Positions 37,034 to 49,551 of a stretch of 64,000 bases of DNA are shown here, piece after piece. Source of the stretch: an uncultured delta proteobacterium (GTDB taxonomy: Bacteria > Myxococcota_A > Polyangia > Haliangiales > Haliangiaceae); the NCBI GenBank assembly GCA_963743525.1, contig CAVUQH010000003.1, positions 416,001-480,000 of the forward strand, read 5' to 3'. Each line of letters begins with the position of its first letter. Position 1 is the first letter of the stretch. Both the position numbers and the translations under genes were made by a program. The notes under the pieces were generated by a model that was not told where the DNA came from, made no database searches, and saw only the letters and a list, made by a program, of their open reading frames with translations.

Positions 37034-37798
37034 TCCGCGGGTTTCGCCGGCGCGCGCCGGCTGGCGGCCAGACAGTAGACCTCGGCGGTAACTTCGAGGG
37101 TCTGCTTGTCGCTGGTGTTGCGGTAGTCGCAGCGCCAGCCGCCGGCCTGGCGCGGGGTCTGGATGCCGAACGGCGTGGCGTTGATCAGCTGGCCCAGCCA
37201 CATCGGATCGGCCTGGCAGCCGCCGGTCAGCACCAGGTCGGTCGAACCGATCGCAGGTGGCGACGGCCGAGGCGACCAGGCCCGGCCCGACCGACACCCG
37301 GTTTTCGCGGCGGACCAGGTCCTCCTTGCGCGAATACGGGCCGCCGGGACCCTGGGGACCGACCGGGCCCTGGGCGCCTTGCGGACCCTGGACTCCCTGC
37401 GGACCCTGGTAGCCCTGGATTCCCTGCTCGCCTTTGGGCCCCAGCGGACCGGGCGGACCGGGCGGACCGGGCGGGCCTTCCGGTCCCTGTTGGCCGATCG
37501 GCCCGGGCTCGCCCTGCGGCCCCGGATCGCCCTGCGGCCCGCGCGGTCCCAGCGGTCCGATCGGCCCGGCGATGCCGGCGTCGGGCCCCAGCTGGGCCAG
37601 GGTCTGCGACACCGCCTGAACGTCGATCTTGCCCCGCGCCTCGACCTCGGCCAGCCGCTTCTCCAGGTCGGCGACCCTGGCCTGCAGCTCGGGCACCCCG
37701 GAGTCGTCCGGTGGCTTGCTGCCCGGCCGGTTGCACGCGGCCAACGCCGCCGCCCCGGCCAGTCCCAGCATCCACGCGCGTGTCCGACCCAGCCTCAT
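37026..37798 (-). CDS. Collagen-like lipoprotein: coiled coil, about 26 Gly-X-Y triplets, Cys-containing C-terminal domain; frameshifted at about 37245 and 37030
   Basis: Lipobox LAAC; GIA-GPI-…-GPG; continues as DLVLTGGC…WRC…VYC after removing one base at GTCGAAC 37241-37247. Confidence 0.8.
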
Positions 37799-37813
37799 CG
37801 GCTGCGTCAGTGT

Positions 37814-37976
37814 AGCCCGGACTATTCACGAGAGGCGCACGCCCTCGCCAAGTCCTTGCTCCCACCGCGCGATTTTCGCCCTGGCAAATACAACCAGTAT
37901 TCGCTGCGGTCGAGAAATCACGCTGTGAAAGCAAATCCTTCGCCGAGCCTCGCGCGCCCCGCAAATAGTCCGGGCT
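37814..37976 (-). ncRNA. Candidate structured RNA or long rod-like inverted repeat
   Basis: 13-bp perfect terminal inverted repeat AGCCCGGACTATT and nested 8-10 bp helices up to a 5-nt loop at 37892-37896; most helix mismatches become G-U on the minus strand. Confidence 0.5.
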
Positions 37977-38031
37977 CGCCCGGTTTGCCGTTTTTTTGCC
38001 CGCGCGGGCCCCCGGGCGTACCACTGACGCC

Positions 38032-38847
38032 ATGATCGAGCTTCGCGGCGTCCATCTCGAGCGAGCCGACGGAGCCGGCGGGCGCGCCGTTCTCGACGGC
38101 GTCAACCTCGAGGTCGGCGACGGCGAGGTCGTCGTCATCACCGGGCCCACCGGCAGCGGCAAGAGCACGCTTCTGTCTCTGTTGTACGGCGCCGCGGTGG
38201 CCGCGGCCGGACAGGTGCGCCTGTTCGGCCACGACGTGCGCCGCCTGCGCCGCTCGTCGATCGCGCTGCTGCGCCGCCGCGTCGGCGTGGTGCCGCAGGA
38301 CCTGCGCCTGCTTCCCGATCGCAGCGCCGTCGCCAACGTCGCCCTCGCCCTCGAGGTGCGCGGCGAGCGCCCGCGTGCCGCCCGCCTGCGCGCGGCCGAG
38401 ATGCTGTCCAGGGTCGGTCTGGCCGATGCCGTCGACCGCCCGGTCGAGCTGCTGTCGCAGGGCGAGGCCCAGCGCGTGGCCCTGGCCCGCGCCGCCGTCG
38501 GCGAGCCGGCGCTGCTGTTGCTCGACGAGCCGACCGCGCACCAGGACGACGCCGGCCGCGAGCTGGTGGTCGAGCTCTTGTCCCGCGGCCACGGCATCGC
38601 CGTCAGCACCGATCCGGAGCTGCTCGCCGCCGCGCGCATGCGCGCCTGGCGGGTGCTCGAGCTGGCCGCCGGCAAGCTGGTCTCCCTCGATCCTGCGCCG
38701 ATGCAGCTGCCGCTGACCAGCGAAGACGCCGCCGCCATCGCCGGCGAGCTCGACGCGGGGCCGGACCTCGACGAGGTCGAAATCACGATCGTGGACGACC
38801 AGAGCGAGGCCGAGATCGTGCCGTTCCCCCGCCGCTCCGTGCTGTGA
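38032..38847 (+). CDS. ftsE: Cell-division ABC ATPase FtsE, divergent, with acidic C-terminal tail
   Basis: GPTGSGKS, LRRRVGVVPQDLRLL, LSQGEAQRV, LLDEPT; upstream of ftsX. Confidence 0.85.
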   Translation: MIELRGVHLERADGAGGRAVLDGVNLEVGDGEVVVITGPTGSGKSTLLSLLYGAAVAAAGQVRLFGHDVRRLRRSSIALLRRRVGVVPQDLRLLPDRSAVANVALALEVRGERPRAARLRAAEMLSRVGLADAVDRPVELLSQGEAQRVALARAAVGEPALLLLDEPTAHQDDAGRELVVELLSRGHGIAVSTDPELLAAARMRAWRVLELAAGKLVSLDPAPMQLPLTSEDAAAIAGELDAGPDLDEVEITIVDDQSEAEIVPFPRRSVL

Positions 38848-38858
38848 AGGAGTCCGTG

Positions 38859-39050
38859 ATGAAGCCCAACAAGACCTATCGCCGGATCACCCGTCGCCGC
38901 CTGGAAGCCGCCCTGCAGGTGCGCGTCCGCGGCGCTCGCCCGCGCATGGCTCCGCTGCTGGAAGCCGTGCCGCCCGAGGTGATCGATCTCGAGACGGCTC
39001 CGTTCCAGGCTCGTTTTCCCGAGCTGGCCGCCCGCATCCGCCGAGGCTGA
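38859..39050 (+). CDS. Small basic hypothetical protein between ftsE and ftsX
   Basis: SD AAGGAG at 38848-38853; GTG at 38844 overlaps the ftsE stop; its TGA abuts the ftsX ATG at 39051. Confidence 0.6.
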   Translation: MKPNKTYRRITRRRLEAALQVRVRGARPRMAPLLEAVPPEVIDLETAPFQARFPELAARIRRG

Positions 39051-39950
39051 ATGCGCGGCATCGCCTACGCCACCTGGCGGGCCGCCGGCGCCATGGCGCG
39101 GCGGCCCCGTTCGGCCGCCATGGCCGTCGGTGCCATCGCCGTGGGGCTGGTGCTCCTCGGCGGCGTGCGCCTGGCCGGTGACAACGTCAACGGCGCGACC
39201 GCCGGCTGGAGCCACGGCGTGCAGATGGTCGTCTACCTGCAAGACGGCACCAGCGCCGAGCGGGCCAAGCAGATCCAGGGCGCTCTCGAGCAGCTGCCCG
39301 GCATCGCCGCCACTCACTACGTACCCGCCGACGCTGCGCTCGGTCGCCTGCGCGAGTCGCTGGGCGAGCACGACGAGCTGGCCGCCGACCTCGGTGCCGA
39401 CATGCTGCCGTCGTCGATCGAGGTCAGCCTGGCCGACGGCGTGCGCGAGGTCGCGTCGGCGGCGCCGATCGTCGACCGCCTGCAAGCGGTGCGCGGCGTC
39501 GACGAGGTCGAGCTGTTGGGCCCCTGGGTCGAGCGCGCCAACGGCCTCGCCGCCGGGCTGCAACACGCCAGCTGGCTGCTGCTGATCATGGTCGGCATGG
39601 CCTGCGCGTACATCGTGTCGACGACCCTGCGCCTGTCGATGTCCCGCCGCCGCGCCGAGGTCGACACCCTCGAGCTGCTCGGTGCCACGCCCGGCTTCGT
39701 CCGCACGCCGCTGGTGGTCGAGGGGATGCTGCACGGCGCCGCCGCCGGCGTGGTCGCGCTGGGCATCCTGTGGATCATCTACCGCGTCACCCACGAGGCG
39801 GCCGCCCACGCGCTGGCCAACGCCTTCGGCGGCGGCACGGTCAGCTTCCTGCCGCCGGGCGAGCTGGCGCTACTGGTCGCGGTCGGCGCCTTCTTCGGTC
39901 TGGCCGGCAGCATCGCGGCCACGGGGAGACGTGCGCTGGCGCGGGCGTGA
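39051..39950 (+). CDS. ftsX: Cell-division permease FtsX
   Basis: Four TM segments; LPSSIEV; RRAEVDTLELLGATPGFVRTP..VEG. Confidence 0.92.
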   Translation: MRGIAYATWRAAGAMARRPRSAAMAVGAIAVGLVLLGGVRLAGDNVNGATAGWSHGVQMVVYLQDGTSAERAKQIQGALEQLPGIAATHYVPADAALGRLRESLGEHDELAADLGADMLPSSIEVSLADGVREVASAAPIVDRLQAVRGVDEVELLGPWVERANGLAAGLQHASWLLLIMVGMACAYIVSTTLRLSMSRRRAEVDTLELLGATPGFVRTPLVVEGMLHGAAAGVVALGILWIIYRVTHEAAAHALANAFGGGTVSFLPPGELALLVAVGAFFGLAGSIAATGRRALARA

Positions 39951-40752
39951 GCTGGCGGCCGCTGCGCTGCTGGCGTCGCTGCTGGGTGCCTCGGCGCTCG
40001 GCGGCACGCCGTCTGTCGATCCGCCCACCGGCGCGCCGGTCGGCGACGCCATCGGCCAGTCGATCGACGCGCGCCTGGACGCCGTCGCCCGCACCGAGGT
40101 GATGATCGAGCGCAAGCTGACCGAGCGCCGCGCGCAGGTGCGCTCGCGCGTGCGCGCACTGTACAAGCTGGCCCGCGCCGGCGACGCCCCGCTGTGGCTC
40201 GACCCGGCGCAGCGCGGCACTCGCGTCCGCTGGCGCGGCGCCGCCCGGCGCATCCTCGGCCGCGATCTGTACGAGCTGTCGCTCCTGCGCGAGGAGATGG
40301 ACGTCGCCGCCCGCGCCCGCGTCCGCCTGGAAACCGAGCGCGCGCACATGGCCGCTGCGCGCCAGCCGCGTCCCGGCTCGCTGGCCCGCCCGGTGCCCGG
40401 CGCCGTGGTCGCCGCCTTTGGCCCCTATCGCCACCGCGCCTCGGGCGCGACGCTGTCCCGCCGCGGTGTGCTGCTGGCCAGCCGCCGCGGCGAGGATGTG
40501 CGCGCCGTCGCCGATGGCCAGGTGGTCTACGCCGGTCCGCTGCGCGGTCTCGGCCAGTCAGTCGTGATCGAGCACCACGGCGTCACCTCGGTCCTGGCCC
40601 GCCTGGACCAGGTCGCGGTCAGCGCCGGGGACACCGTCGGCCGCGGCGACGTCGTCGCCCACGCCGCCGGCAAGCGCGTACAGCTCGAAATTCGCGTGGA
40701 TCTCGGCGTCGGTGGCGAGCCGATCGACCCCGCTCCCCTGCTCGCCCGTTAG
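39931..40752 (+). CDS. envC: EnvC-like murein hydrolase activator (coiled coil plus degenerate M23 domain)
   Basis: VRAVADGQVVYAG, VVIEH, LEIR, PIDP; Zn-ligand His residues absent; downstream of ftsEX. Confidence 0.75.
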   Translation: MRWRGRELAAAALLASLLGASALGGTPSVDPPTGAPVGDAIGQSIDARLDAVARTEVMIERKLTERRAQVRSRVRALYKLARAGDAPLWLDPAQRGTRVRWRGAARRILGRDLYELSLLREEMDVAARARVRLETERAHMAAARQPRPGSLARPVPGAVVAAFGPYRHRASGATLSRRGVLLASRRGEDVRAVADGQVVYAGPLRGLGQSVVIEHHGVTSVLARLDQVAVSAGDTVGRGDVVAHAAGKRVQLEIRVDLGVGGEPIDPAPLLAR

Positions 40753-40771
40753 CCCGGTATACTGCTCCGAC

Positions 40772-42088
40772 GTGCGCGCGCGCGGAGTCATCTCGCACAT
40801 GGCGTCGTTCCTGGCCGGCGCCGTCCTGGCCACGGCGGTGGTGGCGCACGCCGTGCCGTCGCGCAGCCGCACCGCGCCGCGCGATCGCTACCGAACCCTC
40901 GACGCCTTCGCCGAGTCGCTGTCGTACATCCTCAACCAGTACGTGCAGCCGCTCGACGAGCGCAAGCTGGTCTACGCCGCCATCCAGGGGATGGTCGACC
41001 AGCTCGACCAGCACTCGTCGTTCCTGCCGCCGCGCCGCTACGAGCGCCTGCGCCAGGACACCGAGGGCGAGTTCGCCGGCGTCGGCCTCACCCTCGGCGC
41101 CAATCAGAAGGACGGCGGGCCGCCGGTGGTCGAGGCGGTGGTCGGCGGCTCACCCGCGGCCCGGGCCAGGGTGGCCATCGGCGACGAGGTGTTGTCGATC
41201 AATCGACGGACCACCACGCCGGCGGGCAAGGAGGTCGGGCCCAAGACCTGGCACTCGCGTCTGCGCGGCCGCGCCGGCACCCGCGTCGCCATCTCCGTGC
41301 GTCATCCCGGCGCCGCCGCTCGCGACCTGACCCTGGTGCGCGAGCTGGTCAAGGTGCCGACCGTGGACTGGTTCTTCCTCGAGCCGGGCGTTGGCTATGT
41401 CTCGGTGTCCAAGTTCCAGGAGGCGACCTCGGCCGATGCCCGCGCGGCGCTGACGGCCATGGTCGCCCGGTCGCCGGCCAAGCGGCTGCGCGGGTTGGTG
41501 CTGGACCTGCGCGGCAACCCGGGCGGGCTCCTCGATCAGGGCATCCACACCGCCGACCTGTTCCTCGACCACGGAACCATTGTTACGGTTGGCGGTCGGC
41601 CCGGGACTCCGGTCGAGCGCGAGCTGGCCCACTCGGCGGGCACCTTTGGCGGCTTTCCGATGGTGGCACTCGTCAACCAGGGAACCGCCTCGGCGGCCGA
41701 GATCGTGGCCGGCGCGCTCAAGGATCAGAAGAGGGCATCGATCGTCGGCCTGCCCAGCTTCGGCAAGGGGTCGGTGCAGACCTTCCTCGACCTGCGCGAC
41801 GGCAGCGGCCTCAAGCTGACCACCGCCCACTACTACACCCCGTCCGGCAGATCGCTCGAAGGTGTTGGAATCAAACCAGATTTAGAGGTCGAGGCGTTCG
41901 AGGCCGAGGACGTGATGGCGTCCGGCGGCGACGAGAGCGAGGCCGAGGGGGACGAGCCACCGCCCCCGCCCCAGCGGTCCGGGCCGGGCAGCTGGACCAG
42001 GGCGATGATTCAGCACCGGATCGAGGAAGATCCCCAGCTTCGCGCTGCGTACCAAATGGTGAAGGCCCGTGCGGGGTCGAAGCATTGA
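40772..42088 (+). CDS. ctpA: S41 carboxyl-terminal protease with PDZ domain
   Basis: LDQHS, GVGL, LDLRGNPGGLL, TASAAEI, SFGKGSVQ, YYTPSGRS. Confidence 0.95.
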   Translation: MRARGVISHMASFLAGAVLATAVVAHAVPSRSRTAPRDRYRTLDAFAESLSYILNQYVQPLDERKLVYAAIQGMVDQLDQHSSFLPPRRYERLRQDTEGEFAGVGLTLGANQKDGGPPVVEAVVGGSPAARARVAIGDEVLSINRRTTTPAGKEVGPKTWHSRLRGRAGTRVAISVRHPGAAARDLTLVRELVKVPTVDWFFLEPGVGYVSVSKFQEATSADARAALTAMVARSPAKRLRGLVLDLRGNPGGLLDQGIHTADLFLDHGTIVTVGGRPGTPVERELAHSAGTFGGFPMVALVNQGTASAAEIVAGALKDQKRASIVGLPSFGKGSVQTFLDLRDGSGLKLTTAHYYTPSGRSLEGVGIKPDLEVEAFEAEDVMASGGDESEAEGDEPPPPPQRSGPGSWTRAMIQHRIEEDPQLRAAYQMVKARAGSKH

Positions 42089-42214
42089 CAGCCGCCACGG
42101 AGCCCGCCGCGTGTGGCTGAACACGGCCCAAGGGTTTGAGATGATTATGCTGCGTGGTAGCATTTCGATCCCGGCAGTGACGACTCGGCGGTCCCTGGAG
42201 CACGGCGCGGAACC

Positions 42215-44117
42215 ATGAACAAGCTGGTCATCCAAGACGACGAAGGCAAAACCACCGTCGTACCGCTGATTCGCGACGAGATCACGATCGGTCGCAAAGA
42301 AGGCAACACCATCCGCCTAACCGAGCGGAACGTGTCGCGGCGGCACGCGCGCATCCTGCGCAACAACGGCGCCATCGCCATCGAGGATCTCAACAGCTAC
42401 AACGGCGTGCGGGTCAACGGCACCCGCATCCAGGGTCGCTGCCAGCTCAGCGTCGCCGATCGAGTGCAGATCGGCGATTACCTGATCGAGCTCAAGAGTG
42501 ACGAGGCCGAGGCCGGCGCCGGCACCGACGCGTACGGCGAGCAGCGGACCCAGCCGATCGAGCGGATCGATCCGATGGCCGCCACGCCGACACCGCAGCA
42601 GGCCCCGGTGCCCGGGCAGCCGACCGCGGTGGTCGACGTCAACCGGATCCAGGGACAGCCCGCGCCGCAGTCGTTCGGCGACACCGCGCCGACCCAGCCG
42701 GTCGCCGCCCCCGACACCGGACGTCCCGGCCGGATGGTCATTCTGTTCGACCAACTTCGCCGGCCAGGACTACGAGCTGAACAAGCCGGCGGTGGTCATC
42801 GGCCGCACCGACGACAACGACATCGTCGTCAACCACCGATCCATCTCGCGCCACCACGCCAAGATCGTGCAGGAGAATGGCCGCTACGCCATCGTCGATC
42901 TGCAGTCGTCCAACGGCGTGCGGGTCAACGGCGAGGAGTACGGCAAGGTCGAGCTGCGTCGCGGCGACGTGGTCGACCTCGGTCACGTGCGCATGCGCTT
43001 CGTCGAGCCGGGCGAGGATTTCGTCTTCGGCCGCGACGCCCATCCGGTCGATATCTCCGGCGGTGGTGGCAAGGGGCTGATCGTCGCGCTGCTGATCGTG
43101 CTGGTCATCGGCGGTGGTATCGGTGTCTTCGCGCTGACTCGCGGCGGTGGTGAGGAGGTCGCCACCTCGAATGCCCAGCCGCAGGCGACCCAGATCGATC
43201 AGGGTTCCAACGCCGCCGCCGATCCGGACAAGGGCGCGACCCCGGCCGCGGACACCAACCCGGCGCCGGCGCCGGCCGCCGACGATCCGGCCGCCAAGCT
43301 GCTCGGCGAGGCCCGCCAGGCGATCGAGGCCGAGCACTGGAAGGAAGCCAAGGGACTGGCCGAGCAGGCGCTGGCCGCCGACTCGGAGAACGCCGAGGCC
43401 CAGGACGTCATCGATCAAGCCACGCGAGAGATCGACAACCAGGTCATTTACAACCAGTTCAAGAAGGCGGTCGCGGCCAAGAGCTACGCCAAGATCGCCA
43501 AGCTGTTCGAGCAGATCGACCCGACCTCGGTCTACAAAGAGCAGGCGCGGGACGACCACGACGCCGCCCACGACGAGTACAAGAACGACATGGTGGCCAA
43601 GGCCGAGGCCGAGGCGGCCCGGGGCAGCTGCCGCAAGATCTCCCAGCTGGCGGCTCAGGCGGCCAAGGTCTGGCCCGACGTCGGCGAGGCCGTGACCGCG
43701 GTCGGCGACAAGTGCGCCGCGACCGTGGCGGCCAAGAGCGCCAGCCACCGGTCGACCAGCCGGTCGACGTCGCACAGCACCAAGTCTCACTCGACGACCT
43801 CGAATTCGTCGTCCAGCTCGTCGACCAGCTCCAGCTCGTCGGCGGCCAGCTCGGGCAAGAGCTACGATCAGCTGATCAACGACGCCCGCCAGGCGGCCAA
43901 GACCGGCCAGTGGGGCAAGGCGATCCGCCAGTGCGAGGCCGCTCTGGCGGTCAAGCACGGCGATCAGGAGGCGGCCATGGTCTGCGCGCTGGCCGCCTGC
44001 AACATCAAGAACGCCTCCAAGGCCAAGAAGTACATGGGTCAGCTCCGCAGCCCCAGTCGCAAGGGGATGGCGCGGCAGATCTGCCTCAAGAACGGCGTCA
44101 ACATCCCGATCAACTGA
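42215..44117 (+). CDS. Tandem-FHA, single-TM, TPR-like protein; +1 frameshift at about 42746
   Basis: FHA1 IGRKEGN…VSRRHA…SYNG; FHA2 IGRTDDND…ISRHHA…SSNG; frames join if GTTCGAC (42745-42751) reads GTCGAC. Confidence 0.85.
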
Positions 44118-44266
44118 GCTCCCCTCCGCGCCGTGATCAGGACCCTGGGCGGGCCCCCTTAGCCGTCCAAAGACTGGTTTTTCGGCGGTTTTTGTAGTAT
44201 CTGGGCAAAGATGCATTCGGGGAGGGACGCGCCGTCGTCACCCCGTGGCCAGATCTCGGAGGGGTG

Positions 44267-46156
<1,890 letters not shown>

Positions 46157-46168
46157 CACCGGGAAGCA

Positions 46169-46378
46169 ATGCGCTTCCCCCTCACGGACCAGTTGCTGAG
46201 CGAGGCCGACGAGTTCGGCCTGCGCTCGGCCTGCGTCCACTGCTTCTTCTACGTCGGCGACCGCTGTGCGCTGGAGTGGCCGATGGGCGACCAGCGCCGG
46301 TGGCCGCTGGATGCTGCGGACGAGGGCGGCAGGCGACCTGATGAGGTAGCCTTCTGCAAGGAGTTCGAGCTGGCCTGA
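46169..46378 (+). CDS. Small four-Cys hypothetical protein
   Basis: CVHC…C…FCKEFEL; TGATG coupling to the next gene. Confidence 0.7.
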   Translation: MRFPLTDQLLSEADEFGLRSACVHCFFYVGDRCALEWPMGDQRRWPLDAADEGGRRPDEVAFCKEFELA

Positions 46379-46628
46379 TGATTCGCTTCATCGTCACCGC
46401 GGCCCTGGTCGCCATCTTCATCTGGTTCGGTGCCACCGTGAACCTGGGCCGGCGGACCCTGTTCGGCCACATCCGCAACATCTGGTCGAGCGAGCAGGCG
46501 CAGGAGCTGCGCGAGGACGTGAAGACCAAGACCGGCCCGGCGCTGGAAGAGGCCAAGGACCGGGCCAAGGCCGGCTGGCATGCGATGCAGAAGCCGCCGC
46601 TGGACGCCGGCGTGGCGGATGCTGCGCC

Positions 46629-46632
<4 letters not shown>
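46378..46632 (+). CDS. Small membrane-anchored hypothetical protein
   Basis: N-terminal TM, RTLFGHIRNIW; coupled to both neighbours. Confidence 0.75.
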
Positions 46633-47531
<899 letters not shown>

Positions 47532-47632
47532 TTCCGGCGGCTTGGGGACGGCGCCGCCAGCGGATGGCGCCTGAATATTCGAGGGTTTGCAATCGTCCGT
47601 ATCTCGTGCTGGCATCCGCCAGGAGGAAATCG

Positions 47633-48841
47633 ATGCGCGCATGGGCCAAGGTGGGGGTGATCGCGGCCGTTCTGGCGGCGGTGCCGCAGGTCGCTTCAGC
47701 GGGAAAATGGAAGGCGCTGATCGGCGCCAAGAAGGTGACGACGGTGAAGCCGGAGCACGGCTTCGTCAACGATCCAATGGCGTTCGATGAAGCCGGCGGT
47801 CGCCTGGTCTACGTCGCCTCCAGCATGTCCGGCCACTCGGAGCTGCGGGTGATCGACCTGGCGCAAAAGGGCGCACAGCTGTCGTCGATCGACATCACCA
47901 GCTTCACCACTGTGCCGGCCGAGGTTCACTTCGTGCTCGACGGCGAGCGGTTCTTCGTCGTCGCCCCCGACCCCGACAAGAAGTCTGGCGATCTGAAGAT
48001 CGGTGCGCTGGTGGGTGCCAAGGGCATCGTCCGCAAGTTCGGACCGGCCAAAGACCTGCGCCTCACCACCTTCCAGGGCAAGCAGGCGGTGGTCTCGTAC
48101 GCCCAGGAGTGGAAGCACGGCAAGAAGGGACCCGAGGTCTCTCACACCGTCAGCATCGACGACCTGGCCACCGGCAAGCGCCTGGCCAAGCCGCGCACGC
48201 TGGTCGCCGACGAGACCGGCAAGGTGGCCAAGCTCGACTTCACCATCTCCTACTGGACCGACGACTACACCCGCGTCGTCGGCGTCAAGGGCGGCGCCTG
48301 GGATCGCAAAGAAGACCAGCGCACGCCGGATCAGGAGGCCTGGTACGAGGTCGCCACCGGCACCTTCACCCGCACCTTCCCGATCAAGGACGTCATCGGT
48401 CACCGCAAGCTGCAGAAGCTCCTGGCGGCCCACGACAACCAGCCGATCTTCGTCAACGTCGCCCACGATCTGTCGGGCGTCCTCTACTACGACCACGGCA
48501 CCCCGCGGCCGATCGGCCTCACCGAGACCTTCAGCCACTACGAACCCAAGTCGCTGATGATGCAGCCGGTTTCGCCCGACGGCACCGTCTTCTTCACCCT
48601 GACCATCGATCCGGTCAACCCCGACGCGGTCGCTCGTCGCCGCGCGGTTGCGCGCTACCTCGACCTGTACGAGCTGGCGCCCGGCGCCAAGAAAGCCCGG
48701 CGCCGCGCCCGCATCCTCCTTCGCGACAAGCGCGGGCTGCAGTGGCGCGCCACTCCCGACACCTGGGTCGTGGTGCCCAAGCACATCGGCTTCGATCGCG
48801 GCGGCAAGGCGATCGACCTCTACAGCCTCACCAGCAAGTAG
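47633..48841 (+). CDS. Secreted beta-rich hypothetical protein
   Basis: SD AGGAGG; signal peptide ending VASA; GC3-rich codons. Confidence 0.75.
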   Translation: MRAWAKVGVIAAVLAAVPQVASAGKWKALIGAKKVTTVKPEHGFVNDPMAFDEAGGRLVYVASSMSGHSELRVIDLAQKGAQLSSIDITSFTTVPAEVHFVLDGERFFVVAPDPDKKSGDLKIGALVGAKGIVRKFGPAKDLRLTTFQGKQAVVSYAQEWKHGKKGPEVSHTVSIDDLATGKRLAKPRTLVADETGKVAKLDFTISYWTDDYTRVVGVKGGAWDRKEDQRTPDQEAWYEVATGTFTRTFPIKDVIGHRKLQKLLAAHDNQPIFVNVAHDLSGVLYYDHGTPRPIGLTETFSHYEPKSLMMQPVSPDGTVFFTLTIDPVNPDAVARRRAVARYLDLYELAPGAKKARRRARILLRDKRGLQWRATPDTWVVVPKHIGFDRGGKAIDLYSLTSK

Positions 48842-48902
48842 TCGCGGCGAAGCGGAGCTCCGCTTGCCGACGCCCGGGCCAGGTGGCAGGCTCGACGGCA
48901 TC

Positions 48903-49532
48903 ATGGCCCGCCACGACTGGAACCAGCGCTACGCCGACGACGACCTGCCGTGGGACACCGGCTTCCCCGAGCCGATCCTGGTGGAGGCGGTCCAGGCCAA
49001 GACGCTCCTCCCGGGTCGCGCGCTCGAGGTCGGCTGCGGCACCGGCACCAATTCCCGCTGGCTGGCGGAGCAGGGCTTCGACGTCCTCGGCGTCGACCTG
49101 TCGCCACTGGCCATCGAGCGCGCCCGCGGTGGCACGCTGGCTGCCGGGGCCGCTCCGTGCCGCTTCGAAGTGGCGGACTTCCTCGCCGCCGAGCTCGCCG
49201 CCGGCCCGTTCGACGTCGTCTTCGACCGCGGCTGCTTCCACACCTTCGACGACGACGACGTGCGCGCCCGCTTCGCCAGCCACGTGGCTCGGGTGCTGGC
49301 GCCGTCGGGCGTTTGGCTCAGCTTGATCGGCAGCACCGAGGGGGCACCGCGCGACGTCGGCCCGCCTCGCCGCACCGCGCGCGAGGTCATCGCCGCCATC
49401 GAGCCGGTGCTCGAGCTGGTCGCGCTGGAGTCGGTCGCCTTCCATCGCCACGGCGACGTCGTGCCCAGGGCCTGGCGCTGCCTGGCCCGCCGCCGCGAGC
49501 TGCCGGCTCAGCCGTCCACCCGCCGCGACTGA
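48903..49532 (+). CDS. Class I SAM methyltransferase (TPMT-like)
   Basis: WNQRY…PWD, ALEVGCGTG, GVDLS, FDRGCFH. Confidence 0.9.
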   Translation: MARHDWNQRYADDDLPWDTGFPEPILVEAVQAKTLLPGRALEVGCGTGTNSRWLAEQGFDVLGVDLSPLAIERARGGTLAAGAAPCRFEVADFLAAELAAGPFDVVFDRGCFHTFDDDDVRARFASHVARVLAPSGVWLSLIGSTEGAPRDVGPPRRTAREVIAAIEPVLELVALESVAFHRHGDVVPRAWRCLARRRELPAQPSTRRD

Positions 49533-49551
49533 GCGGCGGACGCCGTGCTCG

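Noticed and set aside
37814..37976. 6S RNA or SRP RNA identity for the rod
   Set aside because: No large central bubble, no SRP GGAA-loop motif, and no zapA/ygfA context.
39931..40752. Loss of M23 zinc ligands as a novelty
   Set aside because: Expected for EnvC-type activators.
42215..44117. True pseudogene or programmed frameshift in the FHA gene (also 37245 and 60471)
   Set aside because: No slippery sequence; both halves are intact and the indel sits in the error-prone GTCGAC motif.
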